A program made the translations under genes and the position numbers. Shown here in pieces: positions 24,655 to 35,600 of a stretch of 64,000 bases of DNA (the first letter of the stretch is position 1; each line of letters begins with the position of its first letter). Below the pieces are notes generated by a model. It did no database searches. It saw nothing but the letters and a program-made list of their open reading frames with translations, and was not told where the DNA came from. Source of the stretch: Marsupella aquatica. Its lineage: Eukaryota > Plantae > Marchantiophyta. The stretch covers positions 4,591,181 through 4,655,180 of the forward strand of contig OZ316895.1 in NCBI GenBank assembly GCA_973895155.1. Direction: 5' to 3'.

Positions 24655-26415
24655 TTAATGAGTGGCAGCAGCAAGTTTAAATCCCAAATCCTCCAATTCT
24701 TTGCGCAAGGTATTCAATTTAGACAGCTTTTCGACTTGTTCCGGTGCCAGTGTTGCCGTACTTGATGACGAAGCCTGAAGTGTCTCCGACAAACGGATCT
24801 GTAAAACCATTTCGAGAAACAATATAATTAAATTCACATCCAACAATCGGTGAACGTACATGGCGACATGAAGTTAGTTCTCATTTATCATACTTTCCAA
24901 ATGCTCCTACCCTGATTTGGAAAAAGGACACTTCCGAGCTCGACAGATCAAAAGAAAGTAATTTCAAAAATTCACACTTAACATTTTGCCCAGATGCAGC
25001 AGATTTGCATCATTCTCAGAACAAATCTTCCCTATACCAAAATATTAAGACACATAGTAGCCCACGATAGGTCTTCAAAAGGAATGCGGTAAAACGTCTC
25101 GACATTCAGAGGAGAAGAACAACTTGCTTACATTCTGATAGCTACCTGCTGACCCAAACCCACAGCAAATCCTCAACGAACAATACCTTTTTGCGCAAAG
25201 CACGTATCCGTTTCTCGAGATCAACTTTAGAAATGTTATCCTCTTGAGGGACAGCAGCTTTTGACGGAGCCACACTGAGAGAGTTCATCTGGTGAATGAC
25301 ACTGCTGACATCTTGTCCGGATCTACGTTCAGATCCTGCGGAAGCCAACTTCTCCTCGTGGATAGCTCCATCCCCAGTATCTCTAGAATGTGTTGAATCA
25401 GCAGATGGAGGAGTTGCAGAGGATGCCCCCTGCCGCAGGAGAGACGCGTTTTAAAAAAGGAATCTTGTGTAAGAGGGATACACAGCAATCGTAAAATTAC
25501 ACTTTTACGGTAGGACGTGACAAACCGTTCAGTGATTGAAGACCCGCAGCAACTCAATCCAACTACTTAAGCTACTAACAACCTCAAAACAATTTCTGAA
25601 TTTTGGGGGCACTACTTGGCTAAGACCATGTCTAAATAGACAGTTTGACTGTGCACTCTTTGGATTCTAGACTCCTCACTGAAAGCCCTTACCTAAAATC
25701 CTATATCAGCAACCCTAAACAGTGTTCGGCAAGACACTGCCCATTTAATCTTCAGCTGCCATCTGAACGTCAACATCCATATCTCTCCCTACCTCAGCCA
25801 GGAAGGTCAAGCATCAAACGGACAGCACCTGCTGCTTTTTCTCCTTCCTCTTCTCGTTCTTCTTTGCCGCCTTCGTCTTCGGCTTTGACGCGTCTTCTGG
25901 ACCATAGCCGGGTGGCACTGAGGGCATACCCTGTTTGAACTGCGACGTCACAAACACCCAATATCGCTAAATATGAGTGATATTGTGATGTCAATTCGTG
26001 CCTTGGAATTTCGAAGGCTTAGCCATGCCTTCGAATTTCGAAGTTTAAGGAAAACATTTACCAGGTGCATATCCCAAACTTCAGAAATATGAAGAGACTT
26101 GCACCACGACATTGGTGACTCAAATGGCCATTAAATGAAGAAACACTGACTTGGTAGGAAAAGCCTATCAGGTGAAAGCAAAGATACTGTGCGCATTACA
26201 ATGATCAATGACTTCTCGAGTCTTTTGGCCAAAAAAAGGCACAGATTGGAGAGAAGGAGACATACCAGCACAGCTTTAGATTGATAGACAGCTACTTCGT
26301 CTTGAGGAGTGTAACCTGCACGAATCCGCACGGGCTTACGCAGCGTTCCATCAGGACGTCTTGATGCAGCTAAAACTCTCTCCCCATCTTTTGGGACCTC
26401 CACCGATCCACTCAT
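24655..26415 (-). CDS. PYM: Partner of Y14 and Mago (PYM/WIBG; EJC disassembly factor), 4 exons
   Basis: Exons 26415-26266, 25939-25829, 25429-25187, 24798-24655, all phase 0 and GT-AG. N-terminal Mago-binding motif RRPDGTLRKPVRIRAGYTPQDEV; also PPGY...KTKAAKKNEKRKEK and C-terminal KRIRALRKKIR...PEQVEKLSK. Confidence 0.93.
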
Positions 26416-26523
26416 CTTCGTCCACGAGATTACAGCCCAGAGGATCTTTCACACCAGGCAGCCAACTCTAAATTCCTTTCCTCCCCCCAAGACTTCACGA
26501 CACTGAATTGCATTCTTTCCAAC

Positions 26524-26622
26524 TCCTCCACCGTCTATGGATCAATCACTCAATCCTCCACCGTCTATGGATCAATCACTCAATCCTCCACCGTCTATGG
26601 ATCAATCACTCAATCCTCCACC
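26524..26622. repeat. 30-bp perfect tandem repeat x3.3 just upstream of PYM
   Basis: tcctccaccgtctatggatcaatcactcaa at 26524, 26554 and 26584, with a partial copy at 26614. Confidence 0.95.
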
Positions 26623-26947
26623 AAATCATTCCGTCAATCGCCTCGCAACACCAGTCTCTCCTCTCTTCTTCGATCTCACCTTCTACAAGATCATTTTTGC
26701 CGGCTACAGGATTTCGATGATTCCCGACAGATCGATCAATTTTCCCGCCAGAGCAACTTCTTCAAACTCGTACTCCGGCGCTCAGATTGGCCGCAACACA
26801 ACAGGACTCGATCGGTGCCCAAAGCACCTCCACCACCTCCGTCGGCACTGTACCCAAGTCGATGCGAGGCGAGATGGAGAGACACGGCTGATTGAGAAGA
26901 GGAAGATGGTAGCTCGACTCCAATCCGCTTCCTCTCTCTCTCTTACT

Positions 26948-27396
26948 GAGAGAAACCTACTGTACAGTTACACTCTCTCTTCCTCTGTGTGAGGGAAAAT
27001 GCACCTCGCTTTACTGTAGTAGTAGATCGATCAACCAAGCCGGGATTGTGGAGTCGGCGTCTTGTCGAGAAACCTACTGTACAGTTCCTCTCTCTCGACT
27101 ACGCCGGGATTGCCAACTCGGCGTTTTGCCAAGAGACCCTGCTGTACAGCTACTCTCTCTCGACCACGCCGGGACTGCCAACAGGCGTTTCGCCGAAAGA
27201 CCCTACTGTACAGTTCCTCTCTCTCGACCATGCCGGGACTGCCAACTCGGGGTTTTGCCGAGAAACCCTACTGTACAGTTCCTCTCTCTCAACCACGCCG
27301 GGATTGCCAACTCGGCATTTTTCTGAGAAACCCTACTGTACAGTTCCTCTCTCTCAACCATGCCAGGATTGCCAACTCGGCATCTTGCCGAGAAAC
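26948..27396. repeat. Minisatellite of about 65 bp, 5 full copies plus partial upstream copies
   Basis: Unit gagaaaccctactgtacagttcctctctctc(g/a)accacgccgggattgccaactcggcgttttgcc repeated over 27067-27396; partial units at about 26948 and 27030. Confidence 0.92.
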
Positions 27397-27711
27397 GTAT
27401 TAGGGGGTCTCAAAATTTGGGCCGCCCAGATTTTTTTGGTAACTGACCGCAGGCCGTGTGGCCCCACACAGTGCACAATGACGGACCGTTGGGGGCAGGG
27501 GTATGCAGTTCTGAGACACCCCGGGTTAGGCTGCGCTCGGACTTGCAAGAGTGTCGGGCCGTCCTCTTTTGAATTTCTAAGTCTGGAAACAACTCTCACC
27601 GCACTCGACATTCTTCGCGATTGAACCACTCAGCAACCTACGCATTCAATCTACGATTTTGTGCTAATGCCACGATGGACATTTTGGCCGATTAGTTCTT
27701 AAGTTCTTGTC

Positions 27712-29330
27712 ATGGATGCCTTATGCAATTCCCTCCCTATCCTCGTAGCACAAGTGCAAGACTTAGAAGCAGATGTTGAGCAGCCGACTACTCACAGGAG
27801 CGAGGAGAACTTAGAGACCGATGTTGTCATGGCTGCCAATAATGTTGCAAGAGCATCAAGAATGCCATTTCAAGCTCCACGTCCATCGATCACAGGAGTT
27901 TTTGGGCAAGGTGTGCCAATGCCTCACCCAAGTTCCCAGATTGGAGGAAGGTGGAAGACGTCTCAACGGACCTGGCCAAGGACGACGTCGACTTGCAAGA
28001 GCTCCAGTTGATAGGGGCACTAAGTTCATGTCAGACAACTATGTCAAGATTCTGGATTATGTAGAGATTCCAAAGAATTTCAATGCCATACATGGCTCCG
28101 GGAAAAATAGGCCTGGTGGAAAATACCAATCTAAGAGTCAGTGTTCACAAACATGGCAGTGGTCTTGGCTGAGTACGATTTCCCTGTGATGGATGGAGCA
28201 AATCTCAGCAAGAGATTTGGGAGGTATGTGGAGATGTTTAGGAAGCCTTTGGTCCTGAAAAACTCTAGCAGTGGGGGTCTCACAAAAGAGTATCAAACTG
28301 GCATGACACTTCAAGGGAAATTGGAAAAATTGTGCCCACATTTTGATCGTATGCGGGAAATTTATGGGAATCAAGCCAATGTGGCTCCTCCTGGTAGTTT
28401 CAACCAAGGCTTTAGTAATTCAGGGCTCATTATTTTGTGTGCTTGAGATGAAGCTCAAGGTGCATAAAATTGTGATGAAGATGGATGAAGATTGTGAGGA
28501 GGCACAAGCACCAGAGCCAACAGAAATCATGACCGGTGAGTTGTTTAATCTATATCCCCTGTTATATCCTACAATTGAATAGGTGAGTGGCTTATTTTCT
28601 CTATAGATGAATGACAATCAATGTACTTCTTTTGTTGAATGTATAGATGGACCTGCTGAAGTCGATGATAGTGGTTCTACTCCAATGCATTTAGAGGACG
28701 ATGCAACTGAACCTTGGACCTAGACCCAACCAATTTCTGAAGAAGGAAGCCCACCGACAATTCCTAAGCAGACTCCGTCCGTTGGAATAGAGGAGTGTGC
28801 TCCATTGCCATCCCAAAATCATTGCCCATCTCTGCACAAAATCAACGTGTGCCTCCTACACAGAATCAACGACCAAGTTTTGCATAGAGGCCTGTGGGAT
28901 CACAAGGAAATGGTCCCACACCAGGTCGAACCAATTCAAATAGGGCAGTGAATGATCAAGTGAGACAGAAGAAGAAACAGTCACAAGATAACCAGGGAAG
29001 CACAACATCCAAGAATACATTGGGAAGGGCCTACATTGAAAGCCGAAGAGACAAATTGGAATTCAGGAGAGAACTCATTGGGAGTAAAGAGAAGTGGAAA
29101 CAGGCTTAAATGTTGGATTGCAAGCTTGCCCAGATTGATCAATCCAAGAAGGATCATCAAGAGAGGTTGCACAAAATGAAGGTAGGGGAATTCCAGGCAA
29201 CCAAAGCTGAAAAACAACAATGCCTTGAGCAGCAACACAACATGATGATGGCATGTATGAGCCTGAAGACTTCATTGCTTACTGAGCTAGTCCGTCGCCT
29301 AAAATCAAAGGAAGAGATTAGCACCTAAAA
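27712..29330 (+). pseudogene. Harbinger ORF1 (Myb/SANT-like DNA-binding protein) remnant
   Basis: Frameshifted fragments including KLEKLCPHFDRMREIYGNQANVAPP and a C-terminal charged coiled-coil-like stretch (AYIESRRDKLEFRRELI). A 26-bp duplication lies at about 29298-29349. Confidence 0.65.
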
Positions 29331-29719
29331 TCAAAGGAAGAGATTAGCATATTGATGAAGTTAGTGCAGACTGATGTTCCACCTCCTGCAGTTGCCTTTG
29401 AAGCAGATTCGATGTTCACTGACGAGTTTGGTTTAGGTGTAGACATGCATTTTACCCCATAGTTTCTTGTGCTTCAGCCTCATTTGCCTAGTGAAATTTT
29501 GGTACATACAGGCATCATGCAAATGGCAACTTCCACTTACTGTAATTGACATTATCATTTAGCTCTTTTATTTCAAAGAAGAATTTACATGATTTCTAGT
29601 GTGATGCAAAATTGTATCCTCTTGTATCTACTTCTATCATTTAACTATCCTGTGAGTTATCCCTTGTATCTACTCTAAGTCTTAGTCTAGGCAGCCTCTA
29701 GGTGTATGATTGAATGTCA

Positions 29720-30500
29720 ATGCATGTTGCATTACTCTCCTCTGCAATGTCCTCCCTACATTCTATGATGCCTGGTTGCATGCTAAGGTGGCCTGAATGT
29801 TCCATCTGTCTGCATCATCTTGATCTTGTGCTTCAAGAAGAGTACCTTCCTGATCAGCCAGTGTCCATACATCATTGTGAGATAATTCACAAAGTTATGC
29901 AACAGACAGCAGGCCCTGATCCAATGACACATCCAAACATTATCTTTCTTCTCATTCAGCTGAGTACGAATCTCCTTCAAGGAGAACCACCATGATTTCA
30001 ACACACCTATGGAGTGCTCATTCACATATCTAGTTTTTGCCACACAAGTGTTGAACTGTTCCTTGTCTCTTTGATTATATGTATTCTTATAGGACGCCAC
30101 CATATGTGGACCATTAACATAACCTGAGTCACCAAGGATGTATTGCCCTTTATCAAGTTTGAGTTTGAATGAATTTCATCCCAAAGCTGTGATCTTTTCA
30201 AGCAAGTTATATCCTGGCACGAACCAGGCTCCCCTAAACACAACAAACAGACATCCCATGAGAAATTGCTCATTAAATTCACATTCTAGTCAAAAAACAA
30301 ATGCAGGTTCTTGAAACACTCAATAGAGTAAACAAAGAGGATCTTCCTCCTGTGATCACATACAATCTATGTGCTGATGGAGTACCTTGATTTACAGTTA
30401 AAGTAACATTCACCATCAATTGCTGGCCTCTGTGCAAGAGGCAACAAAGTACCATCAATCAACCCAACACAATTCGGGAATCCCTTCTTTGCAAATGCTT
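29720..30500 (-). pseudogene. Harbinger transposase (DDE_Tnp_4/HARBI1-like) remnant
   Basis: Manual translation gives GFPNCVGLIDGTLLPL...YFNCKSRYSIST*IVCD, GEPGSCQD, ILGDSGY and FNTCVAKTRYVNEHSIGVLKSWW...ACCLLHNF. An in-frame stop and frameshifts are present. Confidence 0.9.
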
Positions 30501-31315
30501 TTGAAATTTGCATTCTTTTCCTTTAATTTACTATTTCTAGTAACAATAGAGGAGAAGTTGCATAGTGCCCAATCCAAATGTGGACCAAAAATTATAAGCA
30601 GAAAAATGAGGAGGGCTATGGTGGAATATTTTCTTCTTTGAATTAGAGTTGTCAGTAATGTGTCCAAATCAGGGTACTAAACTGTATAATGTCATTTAGG
30701 CACAAATATAGGGTAAGTCAAATTGGCATTAGTCTATTGGTTTTTAGGCGTGGATCACGCTGAGCACAATTGGGCAACTGGGGTTAGATGACTGTTATTT
30801 AGGCACGGATCCAGGGCAAGTTGAGAGTTGTCTTGGTTTGGAGTTCACACCAATATTTGGAAACATTACAAGTGCCTAAAGCAAGACTAATTTCAAATGC
30901 CCTTGAACCCAACTTTTGCAGCCTTCTTTGTTTATTTTAAAAAAAGTTAAGGGTTTCCCCCTTGATCGGCGGTATGGCCTATGGTGTGGCCATCCTGCTT
31001 GGCTTGGTTTCCCTTTGCTCCAACCTCTCCCCCCCAAAAAAAAACAAAAAAAGGAAAAGGCAAGAGTGTCCTTTTCTCCTCTCTACCCTCCCCCACTATT
31101 ATTATGTTCTCCCCCCCCCCCTTCCCTCCTTTTCTCTTCTCCCCTTCCAGGCACGAGTGGGCCTCATGATAGTTGGGATGCCCCAGTACCATCGTACTTA
31201 TGCAGAGGATACAATACCCTCAGGTACTCCCCCTCATGAGTGCCTTAATTTTCCCTACCTGCCTCCTAGCTTGTGACCTTATGGTTCCCGGAGTCCATAT
31301 TCCCTTCATAATCAG

Positions 31316-31577
31316 GCATCCCGGTAATTGCACATCAAATTGTGCTCATATATGGTGTACACTCAATGATTTAAACAAAGTAATCATGTTTATCATGAAA
31401 ATGTGCTAATATATGGTGTACACTTAATGATTTAAACAGAGTAATCATGTTTATCATGAAAATATGCAATATATGGTGTACACTCAATGATTTAAACAGA
31501 GTAATCATGGTATGGAATGATATTTGTACATAGTATATTGTCATATTTTGATTTTTGATGTGCAATTACTGGGAGGC
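31316..31577. mobile_element. MITE with 24-bp TIRs and an internal tandem repeat of about 60 bp x3
   Basis: Left end gcatcccggtaattgcacatcaaa; right end tttgatgtgcaattactgggaggc (22/24 complementary). Internal atatggtgtacact units at 31350, 31411 and 31471. Confidence 0.8.
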
Positions 31578-31780
31578 GCTCCCAAGTAGGCTCCAATTGC
31601 AAACTATCGTATAGATTTGGTACCACCTCATCGGGGTTATTTGATAATTCTCACAAACAAGACATCATACTGCGTGTACACTACGTTATTAAGCTAAGCA
31701 AGTAACCCGAGGTCACGGTAACTCAGACGGTCGGACGGCTAGTTAAGCTAACCCTCGCGGACGGCGGCGCGGGGCCTTCC

Positions 31781-31788
31781 TATAAAAG
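31781..31788 (+). promoter_or_regulatory. Putative TATA box of the E1 gene
   Basis: TATAAAAG after a GC-rich stretch, followed by a pyrimidine-rich leader and a likely 5'UTR intron donor (CAG|GTAATT at 31988). Confidence 0.5.
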
Positions 31789-32625
31789 CTTTCTTTCGCA
31801 GCATTTTCCATTCTTCTCCATCGCGAGCTCGTCAGCGAAGGTGCCCTCCTAATCACGTCCTAAGCGCGTTTAGTCAGAGCAGCAGCCCTCGAGCGCGGAT
31901 CGAGGAGAGGCTCGTGGAGACGCAGATTAAGCGCCTCCTGAGATTCATTAGCACATCGGTTTAATTAAGCGCGCAGATTGATTGCAGGTAATTCTCGTTA
32001 CTCGTGAAGCCCCGAGCAGACGAAAAGCCAACGAAGGAAAAGGGACGAAAGGCGAAAGAAGCGTTTCTGTTCTCTCTCTCTCTCTGTCTCTCTCTCGCTG
32101 TGTGCGTCTGTGTGTCTGTCGCTTCTCTTCCACTGTGCTGCTGTTTCGGCTCTGCTGCTGCTCCCGTCGCTTTTCTCTCGCGGAGCCTTGGTGTCTCTCT
32201 GGGAGTCTGGGTACTCTGGGAGGGTGTCGTGGCTTGGACGTGTTGTGGCCATTTCTCTACCCGTGGCGTGGTGCTGTGGTGTATGTAAACTTGGCGGATG
32301 CGCTTCTTCGCGTTCGTCTGTCTCCTGCTTTTGTAAGGCAGGTGGCTTCCGGGGCTTTGGGTTGTGGTTGGCGTCGGATTCGGGTGTGGTGCTCGAAAAA
32401 AGTGAAGAGAGATTGGAGTGCAGGGGACAGACAGACAGAAGATAGATAGATAGATAGTGGGATTGTTGGAGGAAACGACTTTGCATGTATAGATCGGGAG
32501 AGAAAGGGAGGGGGAGGCAGAAGGAGGACGGAGGAGATCGAGGGGGAGCGGTGGTGGTGGCGGTGGAGGAAGAAGTGGGAGGAGGCGAAGGGGGAGGGTG
32601 GGGTGGAGAAGAGAGATTGTGCTAT

Positions 32626-35600
32626 ATGCTACCTAAAAAGAGAGGCGCGTGGGAGGCAGCAGAGTTGGGAAAATTGACGTTGAAGAAGGCGAAGCCGGAG
32701 GAGGGAGGAGAAGAGCGGCAGGAGGAGCAGCAACAGGGGGAGGAGGAGCGACAGGAAGTCGCCCCGAATAACAATAACCACCACCAGAAGGAGGAAGAGG
32801 AAGGGCAGCAAGAGGACGCGGACGGGACCAGCTTGGTGGTGGGGAAACAGCATTCGACAGTCATGGCGAGTGACGGTTCCCCTTCGGAGATGGAGATCGA
32901 TGAAGATTTGCACAGCCGCCAGCTCGCCGTCTATGGCCGCGAGACCATGAGGCGCTTGTTTGGTGCCCGCGTTCTCGTCAGTGGTCTTCGAGGTCTCGGT
33001 GCGGAAATTGGTAAGCGTAGATTTTCTTCCCTCTCTTTGAACTTTGTCTGCCATTTTGCTATTCCTTTGCTTCACCCCTGATGCCCGTTTGCAACGATGG
33101 TTGTGGCATCGCACTTGCTCCATGTTACCAACCTGACAGCCATGCGTTGGAGACCTGTATGTTGTCAAGAATTTGAATTGTGAGAAATCATTGATCGTAG
33201 TTCATGGAGGCAGGTCGTCACGTTGTGGAGTCTGCCTGGGAGAGCAAAGGATAATGTTGCGTCTCCTATTTGTTGAGATCCTTTTGTTGAGGGAGTTTTG
33301 TCTCACTCGCTACCATACAAACTTTTGTAGATTCTTCTGCTCGATTGTCTGCCTCAGTAGGGCAGGTTTAGCCACGTTAGACAGGGTTGCTCTCGTTCTC
33401 TCAGTTGGAGGTTTCTTGAACCCTAGAAAGTATGGAGTTACCGCGTTGTATGAGTGGCCGCGACTCTTGGTTCCAATTATTCAGTCTTTTCCATCGACAC
33501 ATTCTGTCCCTCACAAAAAGATTTGGACTTTCGATACCGAATTCTCTTCGCTCCGAACCTTTCTCAGCGTATTAGGCCCTGGAAGGATCAAGCCGCGTGC
33601 AGTACCAGATATATCTTGAGGGTTTCCTTTTTGATCGACGCAAAGGTTTTAAAAGTTGTCTTGCCTCTCCAAACACGTTTCTTTGTTTGTAATGAGATGT
33701 TCATGCTTTTCCTCATTGTCTTCGTGCCTTGCTTAGTTACGGTCGAACAGGAAGCACGCACCCACTCGGGATAGGGTTGAATCCGGCCCTTTTGAACTAC
33801 CCTCATTTGTATACGTCATTTTTCTGATCGTAATCTCAACGGTTCGCTTCGCCCATGTCGTCACTTGGCGCTGCTTTTCTGTTGAGACTATAAGCGGATA
33901 TTGCATAACCCTAATTCGTGGGAATTTTTCAATTCAAACGGTGAAAGCATTACTTGATTGGAACCATGCAAACTCATTCCTGGAACAAGCGCTAGGGTTT
34001 ATCCTTCGTGATTGCGACGCCCGTGCTTAGAATGCCTCCTAGATTATTTGCACAGGTCTGCTGCTCGAACGTGGAAATGTCGGAGAGGAAATGGATACTG
34101 AGTCCTAGTTTTCTGTATGCGCAGCAAAGAATGTGATCTTGGCTGGTGTGAAGGCAGTGACACTTCACGACACTGGAACCGTGGAGCTATGCGACCTCTC
34201 TTCGCAGTTTTATTTCACAGAAAGCGATGTGGGGAAGAACAGGGCTGCAGCTTGTCTTGACAAGTTGAAGGAGCTCAATGTCGCTGTTGATGTTTCCATT
34301 AACACCTCAGAAATTACTCCTGCATTTATGTCGACCTTCCAGGTACGTAATCTTTCAGTGAAGGTCGCAGGCCGGGAATGTCCTGTAGTTGAGATAGGAG
34401 AGAACTTTGTGCGATGGCCATTATTGCTCGGATGATTATTGCGGCATTCAACATGTTGGATTCATATGTTTACGCTGGTCCTTGTGTGCTTTTTCCGGCC
34501 GTGTAGTTGGTAGTTGTTCTCACGTTTGCATTGCATTGTGGGCCTATTTCTTGGTTGCGCAGGTGGTTGTATTCACCGATATTCCCTTGGCAAAGGCTAT
34601 CGAATATGATGAGTTTTGCCACAACCACAATCCCCCAATTGCTTTCATCAAAGCAGAAATCAGGGGTCTCTTTGCCAGTGTTTTTTGTGATTTTGGTCCG
34701 CACTTCACCGTCGTTGATGTTGACGGAGAAGAGCCTCACACCGGAATAATTGCCTCCGTAAGCAATGATAATGCGGCCCTTGTTTCTTGTGTGGATGATG
34801 AGAGACTGGAGTTCGAGGATGGAGATCTTGTCATCTTCAGTGAAGTTCAAGGTATGACTGAGTTAACTGACGGGAAGCCAAGGAAAATTAAGAGCTGCCG
34901 ACCGTATTCCTTCATGCTGGAGGAAGACACATCTGGGTATAGCCCCTATGAAAAGGGTGGCATTGTCACCTCAGTAAAGCAGCCTAAGGTTCTTGACTTC
35001 AAGACTTTAAGAGAGGCCATTAGTGATCCGGGGGAGTTTCTTCTGAGCGACTTTGCCAAGTTTGACAGGCCTCCGTTGTTGCATTTGGCATTCCAGGCCC
35101 TGGATGCTTTTGTTGCCGATGCTGGTCGTCACCCATTCCCTGGATCTGAGGCAGATGCACAGACCCTTATCAAGTTAGCCACCAGCATCAATGACAGGGC
35201 AGGTGACTCCAAGCTTGACTCAATTGACGAGAGCATACTGAAGCCTTTTGCAAGCGGTTCCAGTGCACATTTGAACCCGATGGCAGCAATGTTTGGAGGC
35301 ATTGTTGGGCAGGAGGTTGTGAAAGCTTGCTCAGGGAAATTTCATCCTCTTTTCCAGGTCTGGTTGGCAAATTCCCTCGCGGTCGTCATTAACTTTTCTT
35401 TTCCCCATTAATGCATGTTGTATTCTCAGTTAGCTGATCCATTATTGCCGACCGCTTTTGGTTAGTTAGCTGTACAATTGATCTGACATGAAGATTTTGT
35501 ATGCAGTTTCTTTATTTTGATTCACTGGAGTCGCTTCCATCTGAGCCACTGACATCTGAAGACGTGAAGCCTCTCAACTCCAGATATGATGCTCAAATTG

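Larger units (their letters stand above)
27700..30600. mobile_element. Degenerate PIF/Harbinger DNA transposon with two convergent ORFs; termini not identified
   Basis: A plus-strand Myb/SANT-like ORF remnant converges on a minus-strand DDE_Tnp_4-type transposase remnant; this two-gene layout is characteristic of the superfamily. Confidence 0.85.

Noticed and set aside
26948-27396. CRISPR-like array
   Set aside because: The units are contiguous with no unique spacers, there are no cas genes, and the context is eukaryotic. It is a minisatellite. The same applies to 6506-6732.
26537-27629. ORFs of 113-211 aa upstream of PYM
   Set aside because: They are translations of tandem repeats in multiple frames with no protein-like features.
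27400-30905. Possible Harbinger TIR pair (agggggtctcaaaatt at about 27402 / aatttcaaatgccct at about 30889)
   Set aside because: Similarity is too weak and there is no clear matching TAA/TTA TSD, so termini are left undefined.
31948-32486. Overlapping ORFs of 94-162 aa upstream of UBA1
   Set aside because: This is CT/GT-rich 5'UTR or intron sequence with microsatellites, and the translations are low-complexity.
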